A DNA stretch of 32,000 bases from Microbacterium phage Zayuliv. The position numbers were made by a program, and so were the translations under genes. Numbering within the stretch: the stretch's first letter is position 1; each line of letters opens with the position of its first letter. The stretch lies in the sequence record MT889377.1; one strand, given 5' to 3'. The notes beneath the pieces were generated by a model. It saw only the letters and a list, made by a program, of their open reading frames with translations, made no database searches and was not told where the DNA came from. Below, in pieces: positions 1-9,214 of the stretch.

Positions 1-1
1 T

Positions 2-214
2 CGCGCCGGCGAAACCGTGCTGGGCTACCAGCCGAAGCGCCGCGAGCAGCTCTCAGGCGGCGAGAGCCCCCAGTCGGGCACCGGCACCGCCGAGCAGGCC
101 GCTGGGTCCGCTCTCAACGCCTCAGAAGGCCTCGCGGACGGCTCCGCCGGTACCGCACAGGCCACACAGACCGAGGGGGCCAACACCGGCACCCAGGAGA
201 AGAAGGGAAAGTAA
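2..214 (+). CDS. C-terminal end of a hypothetical phage protein, 5'-truncated by the window edge
   Basis: Frame is open from base 2 to TAA at 212-214; Gly/Ser/Thr/Gln-rich tail ending EKKGK; directly abuts the ATG at 217. Confidence 0.55.
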   Translation, partial: RAGETVLGYQPKRREQLSGGESPQSGTGTAEQAAGSALNASEGLADGSAGTAQATQTEGANTGTQEKKGK

Positions 215-216
215 CC

Positions 217-711
217 ATGCCGCTCACGCAGTGGAACCCCTCGACGCAGATCAGTCGAGGCAACGTGGCAGTCGGGGTCAGCCCCGCCATCGCCGACATC
301 AACGATCCGGCCCTGTCCGAGATCACCACGGGCATCGCGCTCGACTGCGCCATCCAGACGCAGAACGGCACGAGCTCCAGCGACAGCGAGTCCATCGACT
401 GGCTGTGCGACCCGGCCAGCGAGCAGCTCCCGGGCAGCACCACGCACGCCATGGATGACCTCGTCATCAAGACCACGGGCCAGGACGACGACGACCTCGT
501 GTCGGCGCTCAACATCGGTGACGTCGTCTACCTCTGGCGTCGCGACGGCATGCCGCACGCCACCGCCCCCGCACAGGGGCAGTACGTCTGGGTCTGGAAG
601 GTCATCATCACCTCCATCGACCCCGTCGAGGCGAACAACGTGTTCGTCGGCATCGTCGCTCACATCACCGTCGTCGGCCGCTCGGCCACGGCTGTCCCGA
701 TCAGCGCCTGA
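217..711 (+). CDS. Probable major tail (tail tube) protein
   Basis: 164 aa, position directly before the tail assembly chaperones and tape measure; beta-rich composition; 'DINDPALSEITTGIALDCAIQ' resembles tail tube N-termini (motif-level judgement). Confidence 0.6.
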   Translation: MPLTQWNPSTQISRGNVAVGVSPAIADINDPALSEITTGIALDCAIQTQNGTSSSDSESIDWLCDPASEQLPGSTTHAMDDLVIKTTGQDDDDLVSALNIGDVVYLWRRDGMPHATAPAQGQYVWVWKVIITSIDPVEANNVFVGIVAHITVVGRSATAVPISA

Positions 712-740
712 CCAGCGCCATCACCCAAGGAGACATCGAA

Positions 741-1310
741 ATGACATTCTCATCTTACGAAGAACTGGCAGCGGCCGTCGAGAAGCGGCGCGCTGAGATC
801 CTCACGCTCGAGGTCGACCTCGGCAGCGACTACTCCCCGGAGTACGAGCAGGCCAAGGCTGAACTCGCGCAGGCCAAGGCCATGAAGACCGTGGCAGGCG
901 CGTTCCTGGGCGATCAGACGGCAGGGCTCGAGGCGCGTGTGGCTCAGCTCAAGCCCGAAGCCCAGACCGTCTGGCTCCAGTTCTCGAAGCTGTCGCTCGG
1001 GGAGTGGCGCACGCTGATCAAGCAGGCAGGCGCCGACGCGTGGGACCAGTATGAGCGGGTTCTGCCCCAGACGTTCAAGGGTGTGTACGGGACCGATCCC
1101 GTCAAGCCCGACGACTGGGACGAAACCCATCCGGGTGAGGAGTGGGTCAAGCCTGAGCCGCTCACCACCGATGCCCGTTCGGTGTCGTCCAAGGGTGATG
1201 GAGGCATTCTGCCTGGCGGTTCCCTGCATGGGGTCGTGCAGAACTTCATCGCCTGGCAGAACTCGGGGGGCGATGTCACCATCCGCCCTACGAAATCGGG
1301 CCGCGACTAG
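741..1310 (+). CDS. Tail assembly chaperone, short product (gpG-like)
   Basis: RBS 'aaggaga' upstream; located between tail tube and tape measure; followed by an overlapping -1-frame ORF. Confidence 0.75.
   Translation: MTFSSYEELAAAVEKRRAEILTLEVDLGSDYSPEYEQAKAELAQAKAMKTVAGAFLGDQTAGLEARVAQLKPEAQTVWLQFSKLSLGEWRTLIKQAGADAWDQYERVLPQTFKGVYGTDPVKPDDWDETHPGEEWVKPEPLTTDARSVSSKGDGGILPGGSLHGVVQNFIAWQNSGGDVTIRPTKSGRD
1265..1271 (+). promoter_or_regulatory. Programmed -1 ribosomal frameshift slippery heptamer G GGG GGC
   Basis: X XXY YYZ phasing matches the codon frame of ORF 741..1310 (GGG 1266-68, GGC 1269-71); the -1 frame is open from here through 1696. Confidence 0.75.
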
Positions 1311-1324
1311 GACTCCTCCTAGAC

Positions 1325-1699
1325 ATGGCCCTGGTGTCGGGGCGGTCCCCGGTTCGCCTCCTTGACGAGGGCAGCCCCGACACCTGGTCTGAACTGGATC
1401 TGGAAGTACTCAGCCAGTGGAAAACCCTCAAGGATGTCAAGTGCCCGCAGTGCGGTCGCCCGCTTGCGCAGCACCTTCACAACTCCAGACTAGGTAGAGA
1501 AGAAACCATCGAGGACTACACAGCGTGGTCCATGGAATGCCCCGCCCAGCAGGCTATCGCCCAAGGTCAGGCACAGTGGAACACGATGCACAAGTCCGAG
1601 ATCGAAGCCTTCAACAAGGGCAACGGACCTGACCCCAAGATGGGGACGTTCTGGTTCAGCCAGCGTGAAGGCGAATCACTACCGCAACCCGAGAAGTAA
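1325..1699 (+). CDS. Tail assembly chaperone, -1 frame extension (gpT-like) with CPQC..C cysteines; probably expressed only as a fusion with 741..1271
   Basis: -1 frame relative to the upstream ORF, no stop between 1265 and 1325, no clear independent RBS; contains 'VKCPQCGRPLAQH'. Confidence 0.7.
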   Translation: MALVSGRSPVRLLDEGSPDTWSELDLEVLSQWKTLKDVKCPQCGRPLAQHLHNSRLGREETIEDYTAWSMECPAQQAIAQGQAQWNTMHKSEIEAFNKGNGPDPKMGTFWFSQREGESLPQPEK

Positions 1700-1719
1700 C
1701 CAGAGGAAAGGAGCACAGC

Positions 1720-4161
1720 ATGGCCGATAACGATGTCAAGATCAAGGTCTCGATGGACGGCGACAAGGTCGTCATCGACGGGCTGACCGGCATCGGGGAC
1801 GCTGCCAGCAATGCTGACTCCAAGACCTCGAAGTTCACAACCGGCCTCAAGGGCGTAGGTACCGCCCTGGTCGGGTTCGCGGGCGCTGCTGTCGCAGCCG
1901 GTGGAGCCCTTGCAGCAGGCGTCACAACTTCGTACGCATCCGCGGAGCAGTCCGTGGGCGGTATCGAGACGCTGTTCAAGGGCTCCGCCGATCGCATGAA
2001 GACTTACGCTCAGGACGCCTACAAGACGGCTGGCCTGTCAGCGAACGAGTACATGGAGCAGGCCACATCGATGTCGGCCTCGCTCATCCAGTCCGTGGGT
2101 GGCGACACGGCCAAGGCGGCGGAGCTGGCCAACACCGCTCTGGTCGCCATGAGTGACAACGCCAACAAGATGGGTACCGACCTCGGTTCCATCCAGAACG
2201 CTTTCGGCGGCTTCGCCAAGCAGAACTTCTCGATGCTCGACAACCTGAAGCTCGGGTACGGTGGCACCCAGGCCGAGATGCAGCGGCTCCTCAGCGACGC
2301 GGAGAAGCTGCCTGCGGCAATGGGCCAGAAGTTTGACATGTCGAACTACGGCGATGTCGTCACCGCCATCCAGCTCATCCAGGAAGAGATGGGCATCGCC
2401 GGCACCACGGCGCTGGAGGCCAACTCGACCATCACCGGTTCCGTCGCCGGCCTCAAGGGCGCGTTTGACAACCTGCTGGTCGCGATGGGTTCGGCGAACA
2501 ATGAGTCCCTCGCCTTCCTGGACGTCCAGGAGCAGGCCGCGAACGTGGTCTCACAGCTCGAGACGGTCATCGGCAACGTTACCCCCGTGATCGAGTCGAT
2601 CGGGGCGTCTATGGGCACCCTGGGGCCGCAGCTCGGCAGCATGATGAGCACGGTGGTCGAGGCCATCGCCTCTGCGATCCCGGCCGTCCTTGAGGCTGGT
2701 GTGGCCTTGATCCAGGGACTCATCCAGGGCATCACCACCGCGCTCCCCACGCTGATCACCGCGCTGATCCCTGGCGTCATCGGTCTGGTCGAATCGCTGT
2801 CGGGCATGCTGCCGCTGCTGGTGGCTGCCGGTGCGCAGGCCGTGGTCGCCCTCGTCACGGGGCTGGCCAGCGCAGCGCCCCAGATCATCACGTCGCTCAC
2901 CGAAGCCCTCACCGGCATGGTGCAGGAAGTCATCAACGCCGCCCCGGCGCTGTTGGAAGGCGGCATCGCGCTCATCATGGGGCTGGCCCAGGGCATCCTG
3001 GAGTCGATGCCCATCATCATCGAATCGCTGCCGTACCTGATCGAGGGCATCGTCGCCTTCATCCAGACCGGCGTCCCCATGCTGCTCGACGCAGGTATCC
3101 AGCTCTTCATGGGGCTGGTGCAGGCGCTTCCCCAGGTCATTGAGCAGCTCGTGGCCGTGCTGCCTGGCATGATCACCAGCATCATCGGTGCCCTGGTCGG
3201 CATGATCCCGCTCATTGTGCAGGCGGGCGTCCAGCTGCTCACAGCCCTGGTGCAGAACCTGCCCACCATCATCACCACGATCGTGGCAGCCATCCCGCAG
3301 ATCATCAGCTCGGTGCTGACGGCGGTGCTCGGCGCCATCCCGGTCATCATCCAGGGTGGTATCCAGCTCTTCATCGCCCTGATCGGTGCCCTGCCCCAGA
3401 TCATCACTACCATCGTCGCGGCTATCCCCCAGATCATCACCGGCGTCATCAGCGCAGTGATCGGGGCCATCCCCCAGATCATCCAGGCCGGTATCCAGCT
3501 TCTTGTGGCCTTGGTCCAGAACATGCCTGCCATCCTCAGCGGCATCGTCAAGGCCATCCCGCAGATCATCTCGGGTATCGTCAGCGCCATCGTGGGTGCG
3601 GTGCCGCAGCTTGCACAGGCAGGCCTCCAGCTCATCCAGGGTCTCTGGAACGGCATCAGCGATGCGGCTGGCTGGCTGATGGGCAAGATCGGCGGCTTCG
3701 TCGATGACGTGGTCGGCAACATCAAGTCCTTCTTCGGTATCGCGTCTCCGTCCAAGCGCCTCAAGTTCGAGGTCGGTGTCCAGCTGCCTGCCGGTATCGG
3801 TAAGGGTGTCGAACAGAATGAGGATGCCGCGATCAAGCCCATCCGGGACCTCAATGCCAAGGTGATGGATGAGGCCATGAGCCTCAACACCAACGTCGCG
3901 TTCACGCACGACGCCAACCTGACCCAGACGTTGGTCCCCATGCAGGCCACCCCGCAGATGCCCTCCAACATCAGCGTCGAGGCCACACTGGACCCGACCC
4001 TGGTGGGCAGCGCCATCAGCGATGCGTTCGCGGCAAACGACCGCAGCCAGGACCAGACCGCAGTGTCGCTTGACTCCCGGTCGATCAACACTCTTGCAAC
4101 CGCAATCGTCGACGCAATTCGCGTCCAGTCACGTCAGGGAGGTGTGGTGAATCTTGGGTAG
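1720..4161 (+). CDS. Tape measure protein
   Basis: 813 aa, RBS 'gaggaaaggag', hydrophobic periodic 'IPQII' repeats, position after the chaperones and before the minor tail genes. Confidence 0.9.
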   Translation: MADNDVKIKVSMDGDKVVIDGLTGIGDAASNADSKTSKFTTGLKGVGTALVGFAGAAVAAGGALAAGVTTSYASAEQSVGGIETLFKGSADRMKTYAQDAYKTAGLSANEYMEQATSMSASLIQSVGGDTAKAAELANTALVAMSDNANKMGTDLGSIQNAFGGFAKQNFSMLDNLKLGYGGTQAEMQRLLSDAEKLPAAMGQKFDMSNYGDVVTAIQLIQEEMGIAGTTALEANSTITGSVAGLKGAFDNLLVAMGSANNESLAFLDVQEQAANVVSQLETVIGNVTPVIESIGASMGTLGPQLGSMMSTVVEAIASAIPAVLEAGVALIQGLIQGITTALPTLITALIPGVIGLVESLSGMLPLLVAAGAQAVVALVTGLASAAPQIITSLTEALTGMVQEVINAAPALLEGGIALIMGLAQGILESMPIIIESLPYLIEGIVAFIQTGVPMLLDAGIQLFMGLVQALPQVIEQLVAVLPGMITSIIGALVGMIPLIVQAGVQLLTALVQNLPTIITTIVAAIPQIISSVLTAVLGAIPVIIQGGIQLFIALIGALPQIITTIVAAIPQIITGVISAVIGAIPQIIQAGIQLLVALVQNMPAILSGIVKAIPQIISGIVSAIVGAVPQLAQAGLQLIQGLWNGISDAAGWLMGKIGGFVDDVVGNIKSFFGIASPSKRLKFEVGVQLPAGIGKGVEQNEDAAIKPIRDLNAKVMDEAMSLNTNVAFTHDANLTQTLVPMQATPQMPSNISVEATLDPTLVGSAISDAFAANDRSQDQTAVSLDSRSINTLATAIVDAIRVQSRQGGVVNLG
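3127..3654 (+). repeat. Four tandem 44-aa (132-bp) degenerate repeats in the tape measure protein
   Basis: Repeats begin LPQVIEQL.., LPTIITTI.., LPQIITTI.., MPAILSGI.., each exactly 44 residues to the next. Confidence 0.85.
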
Positions 4162-6397
4162 GGCAGTCGTCAACACAGGTTCCGCGGGAGCGCTCGTTCT
4201 CGATGTCAATGAGGTCTACTACGACGTATTCCAGAACTACTCCGATGTCGCATGGGCGCTGTACCTCGACGAGCGGGTGTCCTCTGGATCGACGTGGTCC
4301 GGCGGTGGCATCAGTGCCACGGTGGGCCAGCACAACGTTCAGCAGTGGTGGGGCGGTACGTTCGGTTTCGACTGGCGACCCAGCGGCCTGCAGAGCCGGC
4401 TGATCGCCTCGGGTACGAACCGCGTCTATCACAACCCCGATGGCAGCGGCCAGGTCACTGTCGGTGCCAACATCGGCAACACAGCTACCTCCGGAGCTGG
4501 TGGTCCTACTCAGATCACCAACACCATCGGGCTGACCCAGCTGACCCAGGTGCCCGGTACCCCGACCGGCGTGTCGGCAACCCGCATCAGCGACAGCCAG
4601 GTCCGTGTCAACTGGACGAACCAGGGCGCATCCAACGGCCAGGCAGCCCAGAACCAGATCGAGGTCGAGGGCATCCCGGTCGGTGGTAACGGCTCCGTCA
4701 CCATCAACGCTTCCAATCAGGCTACCCTGCCTATCCTGGCGAACGAGAAGAAGCGCTACCGCGTCCGCTCCTGGAACAGCGCAGGCTGGAGCAATTGGTC
4801 GGCCTGGACTTCGTACCTGGTCACCACCCCCAAGGAGCCCAAGGACGTCACGGCTACCAAGGGTGCCAACCTCGACATCACGGTCGCCTGGACCTCCCAG
4901 GTAGCCTTCCCCGATCACGTCCACGCGATCGAGCATGGTGTCGACAACGCCGGTGTCATCACCTGGGATGGCAGCATCCTGGCCACCCTGCCTTCGGGCA
5001 CAAACTCCTACGTCCACGCAGCGCCGAACGCTGCGCAGCGGCACGTCTACCGGGTGTGGTCGAGCGCCTCCAACCCCGGCCAGGTCATGGACTCGGCCAA
5101 GGTGCAGTCGAACGTCGTCCAGCTGCTGGTGGCCCCGAACAAGCCCACGTTCGTCAACGTGCCGCAGTACGCGGATCGCGCGGTGGCCCTGAACGTCGAC
5201 TGGCAGCACAACTCGGTCGACTCGACCCCTCAGTCGGCATATGAGTTCAGCACCTCCACCGACGGCGGCACCACCTGGACCAGCTCGGGCAAGGTGGCCT
5301 CCACCGTCGCACGGCGCACCATCGCTGCCAACGCCTACGCAGCCAACGCCACGGTCACGATGCGGGTACGCACCTGGGGCCAGGCCACCACGGGCGGCAG
5401 CGACGGCACAGGTGCCTCGCCGTGGTCGGACGTGACAGCGGTCACTTTCAAGACCAAGCCCACGGTCACCATCACGTCGCCGGCGAACAACGCCGTCGTC
5501 AACGATGCCACGCTGCGGGTGAACCTTACGTTCGCCCAGGCGCAGGCAGCTACGTTCGTCAAGGCTCAGCTCGAGCTCCTGCAGGCCGGGGCACTGGTCG
5601 AGTCGCGCGAGTCGAGCATCCTGCTGGGCATCACGTTCTCCACGCCGGTCCAGAATGGTGTGGCCTACACCGTGCGCGCTCGGGTGCTGGACTCCAACGG
5701 CATCTGGTCGGCCTGGGTCACCAACGCCTTCACGGTCACCTACCTGGCACCAGTCCCGGCCGTGGTGACCCCCAGCTACGTCGTGGACAAGGGCTGGGGT
5801 CAGCTCGACATGAGCATCGCTGCTCCCGGCGCAGGCCAGTCAGCTGTCACCAAGGTGACGGTCACCCGCTCCATCGACGGCGGTACCCCCGAGGTCATCG
5901 TTCAGGACTATCCCTACGAGGCCTCGCTCACCTTCCTCGACACCCTGCCTACCATCCACGGGACCAACACCTACACCATCACCACCTACAGCGCGCTCGG
6001 TGCCCAGACGGTCGTCACGGCCACACTGGTCACGGAGGAGTGCCGCCGTGCGTTCCTCAGCAAGGGCGCAGGGTACAGCACGGTCGGCGCGTTCGGTGCC
6101 AACCTGAAGATCGATGAGTCGGTGTCGGTGGCCAGTGCCACGGTCGAGGCGGCAGGGCGCACCAAGCCCATCGGCCTGTATGGTGTCGAGACCAGTGTGC
6201 AGCTGAAGGTCAAGTCGTTCGTCTTCGAGGGCTTCGGCTCCACGCTCGACGAGCTGCGGGCCATCCTGCTCATGCCGGGGAAGGCGTGCTACCGCGACAG
6301 CACCGGGCGGCGTCTGTTCGGTGTGGCCAAGGGAAGCATCAGCCGCGAAAAGGTTGCCCGAGGCGACTTCAACTTCACGATGACGGAGACGAGCTGA
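4154..6397 (+). CDS. Minor tail protein with fibronectin type III-like domains
   Basis: TTG start overlapping the tape measure stop; FnIII-like modules such as 'PGTPTGVSATRISDSQVRVNWTNQG...YRVRSWNSAGWSNWSAW'. Confidence 0.75.
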   Translation: MGRAVVNTGSAGALVLDVNEVYYDVFQNYSDVAWALYLDERVSSGSTWSGGGISATVGQHNVQQWWGGTFGFDWRPSGLQSRLIASGTNRVYHNPDGSGQVTVGANIGNTATSGAGGPTQITNTIGLTQLTQVPGTPTGVSATRISDSQVRVNWTNQGASNGQAAQNQIEVEGIPVGGNGSVTINASNQATLPILANEKKRYRVRSWNSAGWSNWSAWTSYLVTTPKEPKDVTATKGANLDITVAWTSQVAFPDHVHAIEHGVDNAGVITWDGSILATLPSGTNSYVHAAPNAAQRHVYRVWSSASNPGQVMDSAKVQSNVVQLLVAPNKPTFVNVPQYADRAVALNVDWQHNSVDSTPQSAYEFSTSTDGGTTWTSSGKVASTVARRTIAANAYAANATVTMRVRTWGQATTGGSDGTGASPWSDVTAVTFKTKPTVTITSPANNAVVNDATLRVNLTFAQAQAATFVKAQLELLQAGALVESRESSILLGITFSTPVQNGVAYTVRARVLDSNGIWSAWVTNAFTVTYLAPVPAVVTPSYVVDKGWGQLDMSIAAPGAGQSAVTKVTVTRSIDGGTPEVIVQDYPYEASLTFLDTLPTIHGTNTYTITTYSALGAQTVVTATLVTEECRRAFLSKGAGYSTVGAFGANLKIDESVSVASATVEAAGRTKPIGLYGVETSVQLKVKSFVFEGFGSTLDELRAILLMPGKACYRDSTGRRLFGVAKGSISREKVARGDFNFTMTETS

Positions 6398-8178
6398 TGG
6401 CATACACACCCTGGGTAGAGAAGCGCCGCAACCTGGTCACTGACCCCTCCTTCGAGGTCGGTATCTCCGGCTGGTCAGGTTCTTCAGTAGCCTGGTCTAC
6501 CGACTGGGCACAGCGGGGCACCCGATCGGCCAGGGGTACCCTTTCCAACTCTGCCAACACTGGTGATGTCCGTACGGGCACCTCTACCTCCTTTCCGTTC
6601 GGTATGCAGGCTGGGAAGACGTACTACGTGTCAGCAGTCGTCAATCTGCCCGCTCTTAACACTTTCGTGGAGGGTGCCAACTCTCGTCAGCGTCGCCTGC
6701 TCCTCTGGTATGGTGACAGCGCAGGCAGCCCCGTGGCGCAGTGGGGTCCCCAGGTACCCAACGGCGCAGGGGTGTACACTCTCACCGGAATGCTGACAAT
6801 CCCTGCTGATGCCAAGGGTGCCATCATCGCGGTGGCGATGGGCGGCAGCGCTACAGACGCTGGAAAGTTCGCTTACGTTGACTGTGTCTACATCAGCGAA
6901 GTCAACGGCACCTACTTTGATGGGGGTACCAACCCGAACGGCGACTTGGAGCGTACCCGCTGGCTGGGTACCGTCAACGCTTCGGCTTCGGTCATCGAGA
7001 CCCGCCAGACAGTTCCCGTCATCCCTATCAAGAACGTCACCACCGAGGACGTGCTGTACGGTGACCGCGTCACTTCCTATCGCTGGGAGGTCCTCGAGCA
7101 CAGCAACGGCATCGATCAGCTCGTAGGCATCCTGGATGGGGTATCCGACGGCTCCCTGAGCTGGACCCAGAACGCGGCCGTCAAGGGTACCGGCAAGGCT
7201 GAGGTCGTTGACCTCGATGTAGCCCAGCAGGGTATGATGCGCATCGCTCAGCTCAAGCTCGAATCCGTTCGGCTGCGCCCCGTCCAGATCATCGCTGGCC
7301 TTCCTGAAAACCCCCTGGGGGTGTACCTCCTGTCGGCTGCGGTCGAGGAGTGGGAGGACACCGGACGGGTCTGGTCGCTGAAGCTTCTGGACAAGTGTAC
7401 CGTCCCCGAGCAGGACAAGGTCGACCAGTCGTACGCGGTGCCTGCGGGCACCAACATCTTGCAGCGGGTCAAGTCCATCCTGGCAAGCGCCGGCGAGTAC
7501 ATCGCCATCGACAACTCTGTCACCTTGGCCACATCGAGCGGGATGGTGTGGGAGGCGGGCACGAGCAAGCTGAAGATCATCAACGAGCTGCTCGACGTGG
7601 CTGGCTACAACGCCCTCTGGATGGACGGCAACGGCGACTTCAGGGTCACCCCGCGCGTGCTGCCCGCCGACCGGCCTATCAACTACGAGTTCCTCGGCAT
7701 CCCCCGTGAACTCCGTGATGGCGACAAGGGCATCTACTCCCCCGACTGGAACCGCGAGCGTGACAGCTTCGATGTCCCGAACAAGGTCGTTGCGGTTGAG
7801 GCTGCTGGTGGTGAGGACACCGCAGCACTGATCGGCCAGTGGACCAACACCGACCCTGCCAGCCCCTACAGCTACGTCAGCCGGGGCAACCGCTGGATCA
7901 CTCACACGCTCGACTCGGTCGAGGTTCCCGACGGTAACGATGCTTCCAAGCTGGCCTTCCTCCAGAACCGTGCCCGTGCCACTCTGGTCCAGATGTCGGC
8001 TGTGCAGGCACAGGCCAAGGTCGAGCATCTGCCCATCCCTGTCCGCGTCGGCGACGTGCTCCGCTTCGCCCACACCAAGGCCGGGGTTGATTCCCGCCAC
8101 GTCATCACCAACCTGAGCCTCGAAGTGCACCCGCTCGGGATGATGAAGTCTACTCTCCAGGAGGTGATCTCGCTGTGA
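6397..8178 (+). CDS. Minor tail / baseplate hub-like protein with N-terminal jelly-roll (carbohydrate-binding-like) domain
   Basis: ATG at 6397 overlaps the upstream TGA (ATGA-type); 'NLVTDPSFEVGISGWSG...' is typical of CBM-like N-termini of tail proteins, followed by hub-like sequence 'DRVTSYRWEVL...GVLDGVSDGSLSW'. ORF-track start 6286 is upstream of the likely start. Confidence 0.7.
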   Translation: MAYTPWVEKRRNLVTDPSFEVGISGWSGSSVAWSTDWAQRGTRSARGTLSNSANTGDVRTGTSTSFPFGMQAGKTYYVSAVVNLPALNTFVEGANSRQRRLLLWYGDSAGSPVAQWGPQVPNGAGVYTLTGMLTIPADAKGAIIAVAMGGSATDAGKFAYVDCVYISEVNGTYFDGGTNPNGDLERTRWLGTVNASASVIETRQTVPVIPIKNVTTEDVLYGDRVTSYRWEVLEHSNGIDQLVGILDGVSDGSLSWTQNAAVKGTGKAEVVDLDVAQQGMMRIAQLKLESVRLRPVQIIAGLPENPLGVYLLSAAVEEWEDTGRVWSLKLLDKCTVPEQDKVDQSYAVPAGTNILQRVKSILASAGEYIAIDNSVTLATSSGMVWEAGTSKLKIINELLDVAGYNALWMDGNGDFRVTPRVLPADRPINYEFLGIPRELRDGDKGIYSPDWNRERDSFDVPNKVVAVEAAGGEDTAALIGQWTNTDPASPYSYVSRGNRWITHTLDSVEVPDGNDASKLAFLQNRARATLVQMSAVQAQAKVEHLPIPVRVGDVLRFAHTKAGVDSRHVITNLSLEVHPLGMMKSTLQEVISL

Positions 8179-8942
8179 CCATCCAGGACATCCGGGACAT
8201 CACGTCGTTCAAGTGGGCGACGATCAAGACGGTTGACCCGCTCAGCATCCAGCTGGACGGCGACACTGCGCCGCTGGCCCTTATCCCCGACAGCCTGATC
8301 GACCCGCTGCTGCTCAAGGTCAACGACCGGGTCCGGGTTGAGCTGTCGCTGCGCAAGGTGGTCATCCACGGCAAGTCGAATGGTGTGGCCCCGAAAGAGC
8401 AAGGTAAGGTCCTCCTCCGCCCGACATCGGTAGCCGGTGCCACCATCAACGCTGCCAATGAGATCATCCCCAACGCCAGCGCCACCACGGTCAACGTCAA
8501 CGGCGTCTTCTCCTCGGCTTACAGGGAGTACGAGATCGAGGCGTGGATCCATGCGGCTGCGGCAAGTGCCATCCCGACCTTCCGCTATCGAGTGGCCGGT
8601 GCCGACCAGACAGCGGCCAGCGCCTACAACTCGGAGTACATGGGCATGAACGGCACCACGATGAACTCCAGCCAGCAGGCCGAGAGCAGCTTCAGTCTCC
8701 CGGCCATTTCAGCCAACTTCCACAAGCTCTGGATGTCCATCATCAACCCCGGCACCACCGGCACCGAAACGGTTGCTGACTTCCGCGTGAGCTCGTTCTT
8801 GAACGGTCTTGCACAGCGCCAGGGATTCTTCTACTACTCCGGTGCTGGGGCACTCAACATCGACGGCTTCAGCATCGTATTCGCTGTAGGGAGCTATCAC
8901 TCCGTACAACGGTCGTGGATCAAGGTCTACGGCATCGTCTAA
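8175..8942 (+). CDS. Minor tail protein
   Basis: GTG start overlapping the previous stop; in the tail operon; Ala/Asn/Ser-rich beta-type C-terminus. Confidence 0.6.
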   Translation: MTIQDIRDITSFKWATIKTVDPLSIQLDGDTAPLALIPDSLIDPLLLKVNDRVRVELSLRKVVIHGKSNGVAPKEQGKVLLRPTSVAGATINAANEIIPNASATTVNVNGVFSSAYREYEIEAWIHAAAASAIPTFRYRVAGADQTAASAYNSEYMGMNGTTMNSSQQAESSFSLPAISANFHKLWMSIINPGTTGTETVADFRVSSFLNGLAQRQGFFYYSGAGALNIDGFSIVFAVGSYHSVQRSWIKVYGIV

Positions 8943-8956
8943 CACAAGGAGGCAAC

Positions 8957-9214
8957 ATGTCAACTATCCGTGCAGTAACCGAGCAGGACGTACCGGTCGA
9001 GGACCAGGTGCAGCTCCTGGCCTGCCTGAAGCAGTGGAAGGCCGAGGGGCAGGTCAACCCCATGATCCCCTGCGACATCGACGCCGACGGTGACGGCACC
9101 ACGGACGCGTTCGGGCTCGGCCCGTTCGGTGACCTGGTCTTCGTGACCCAGGTGCCGGTCAAGAACACCGTCTACGAGGCCGACGGCTCGGGCCTGGAGG
9201 GTGGCCAGGGCTGA
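8957..9214 (+). CDS. Small acidic tail-operon protein, hypothetical
   Basis: RBS 'aaggagg' immediately before ATG 8957; ends overlapping the next ATG. Confidence 0.6.
   Translation: MSTIRAVTEQDVPVEDQVQLLACLKQWKAEGQVNPMIPCDIDADGDGTTDAFGLGPFGDLVFVTQVPVKNTVYEADGSGLEGGQG

Noticed and set aside
2346-4091. Long antisense ORFs (581 aa and 452 aa) opposite the tape measure gene
   Set aside because: High-GC mirror ORFs with biased Ser/Met/Arg or Asp/His/Arg composition; the + strand product has clear tape measure features.
4085-5209. Antisense 374-aa ORF opposite the minor tail gene
   Set aside because: Mirror ORF created by codon bias; no recognisable motifs, no operon context.
6631-8130. Antisense 499-aa ORF
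   Set aside because: Opposite a well supported tail gene; low-complexity mirror translation.
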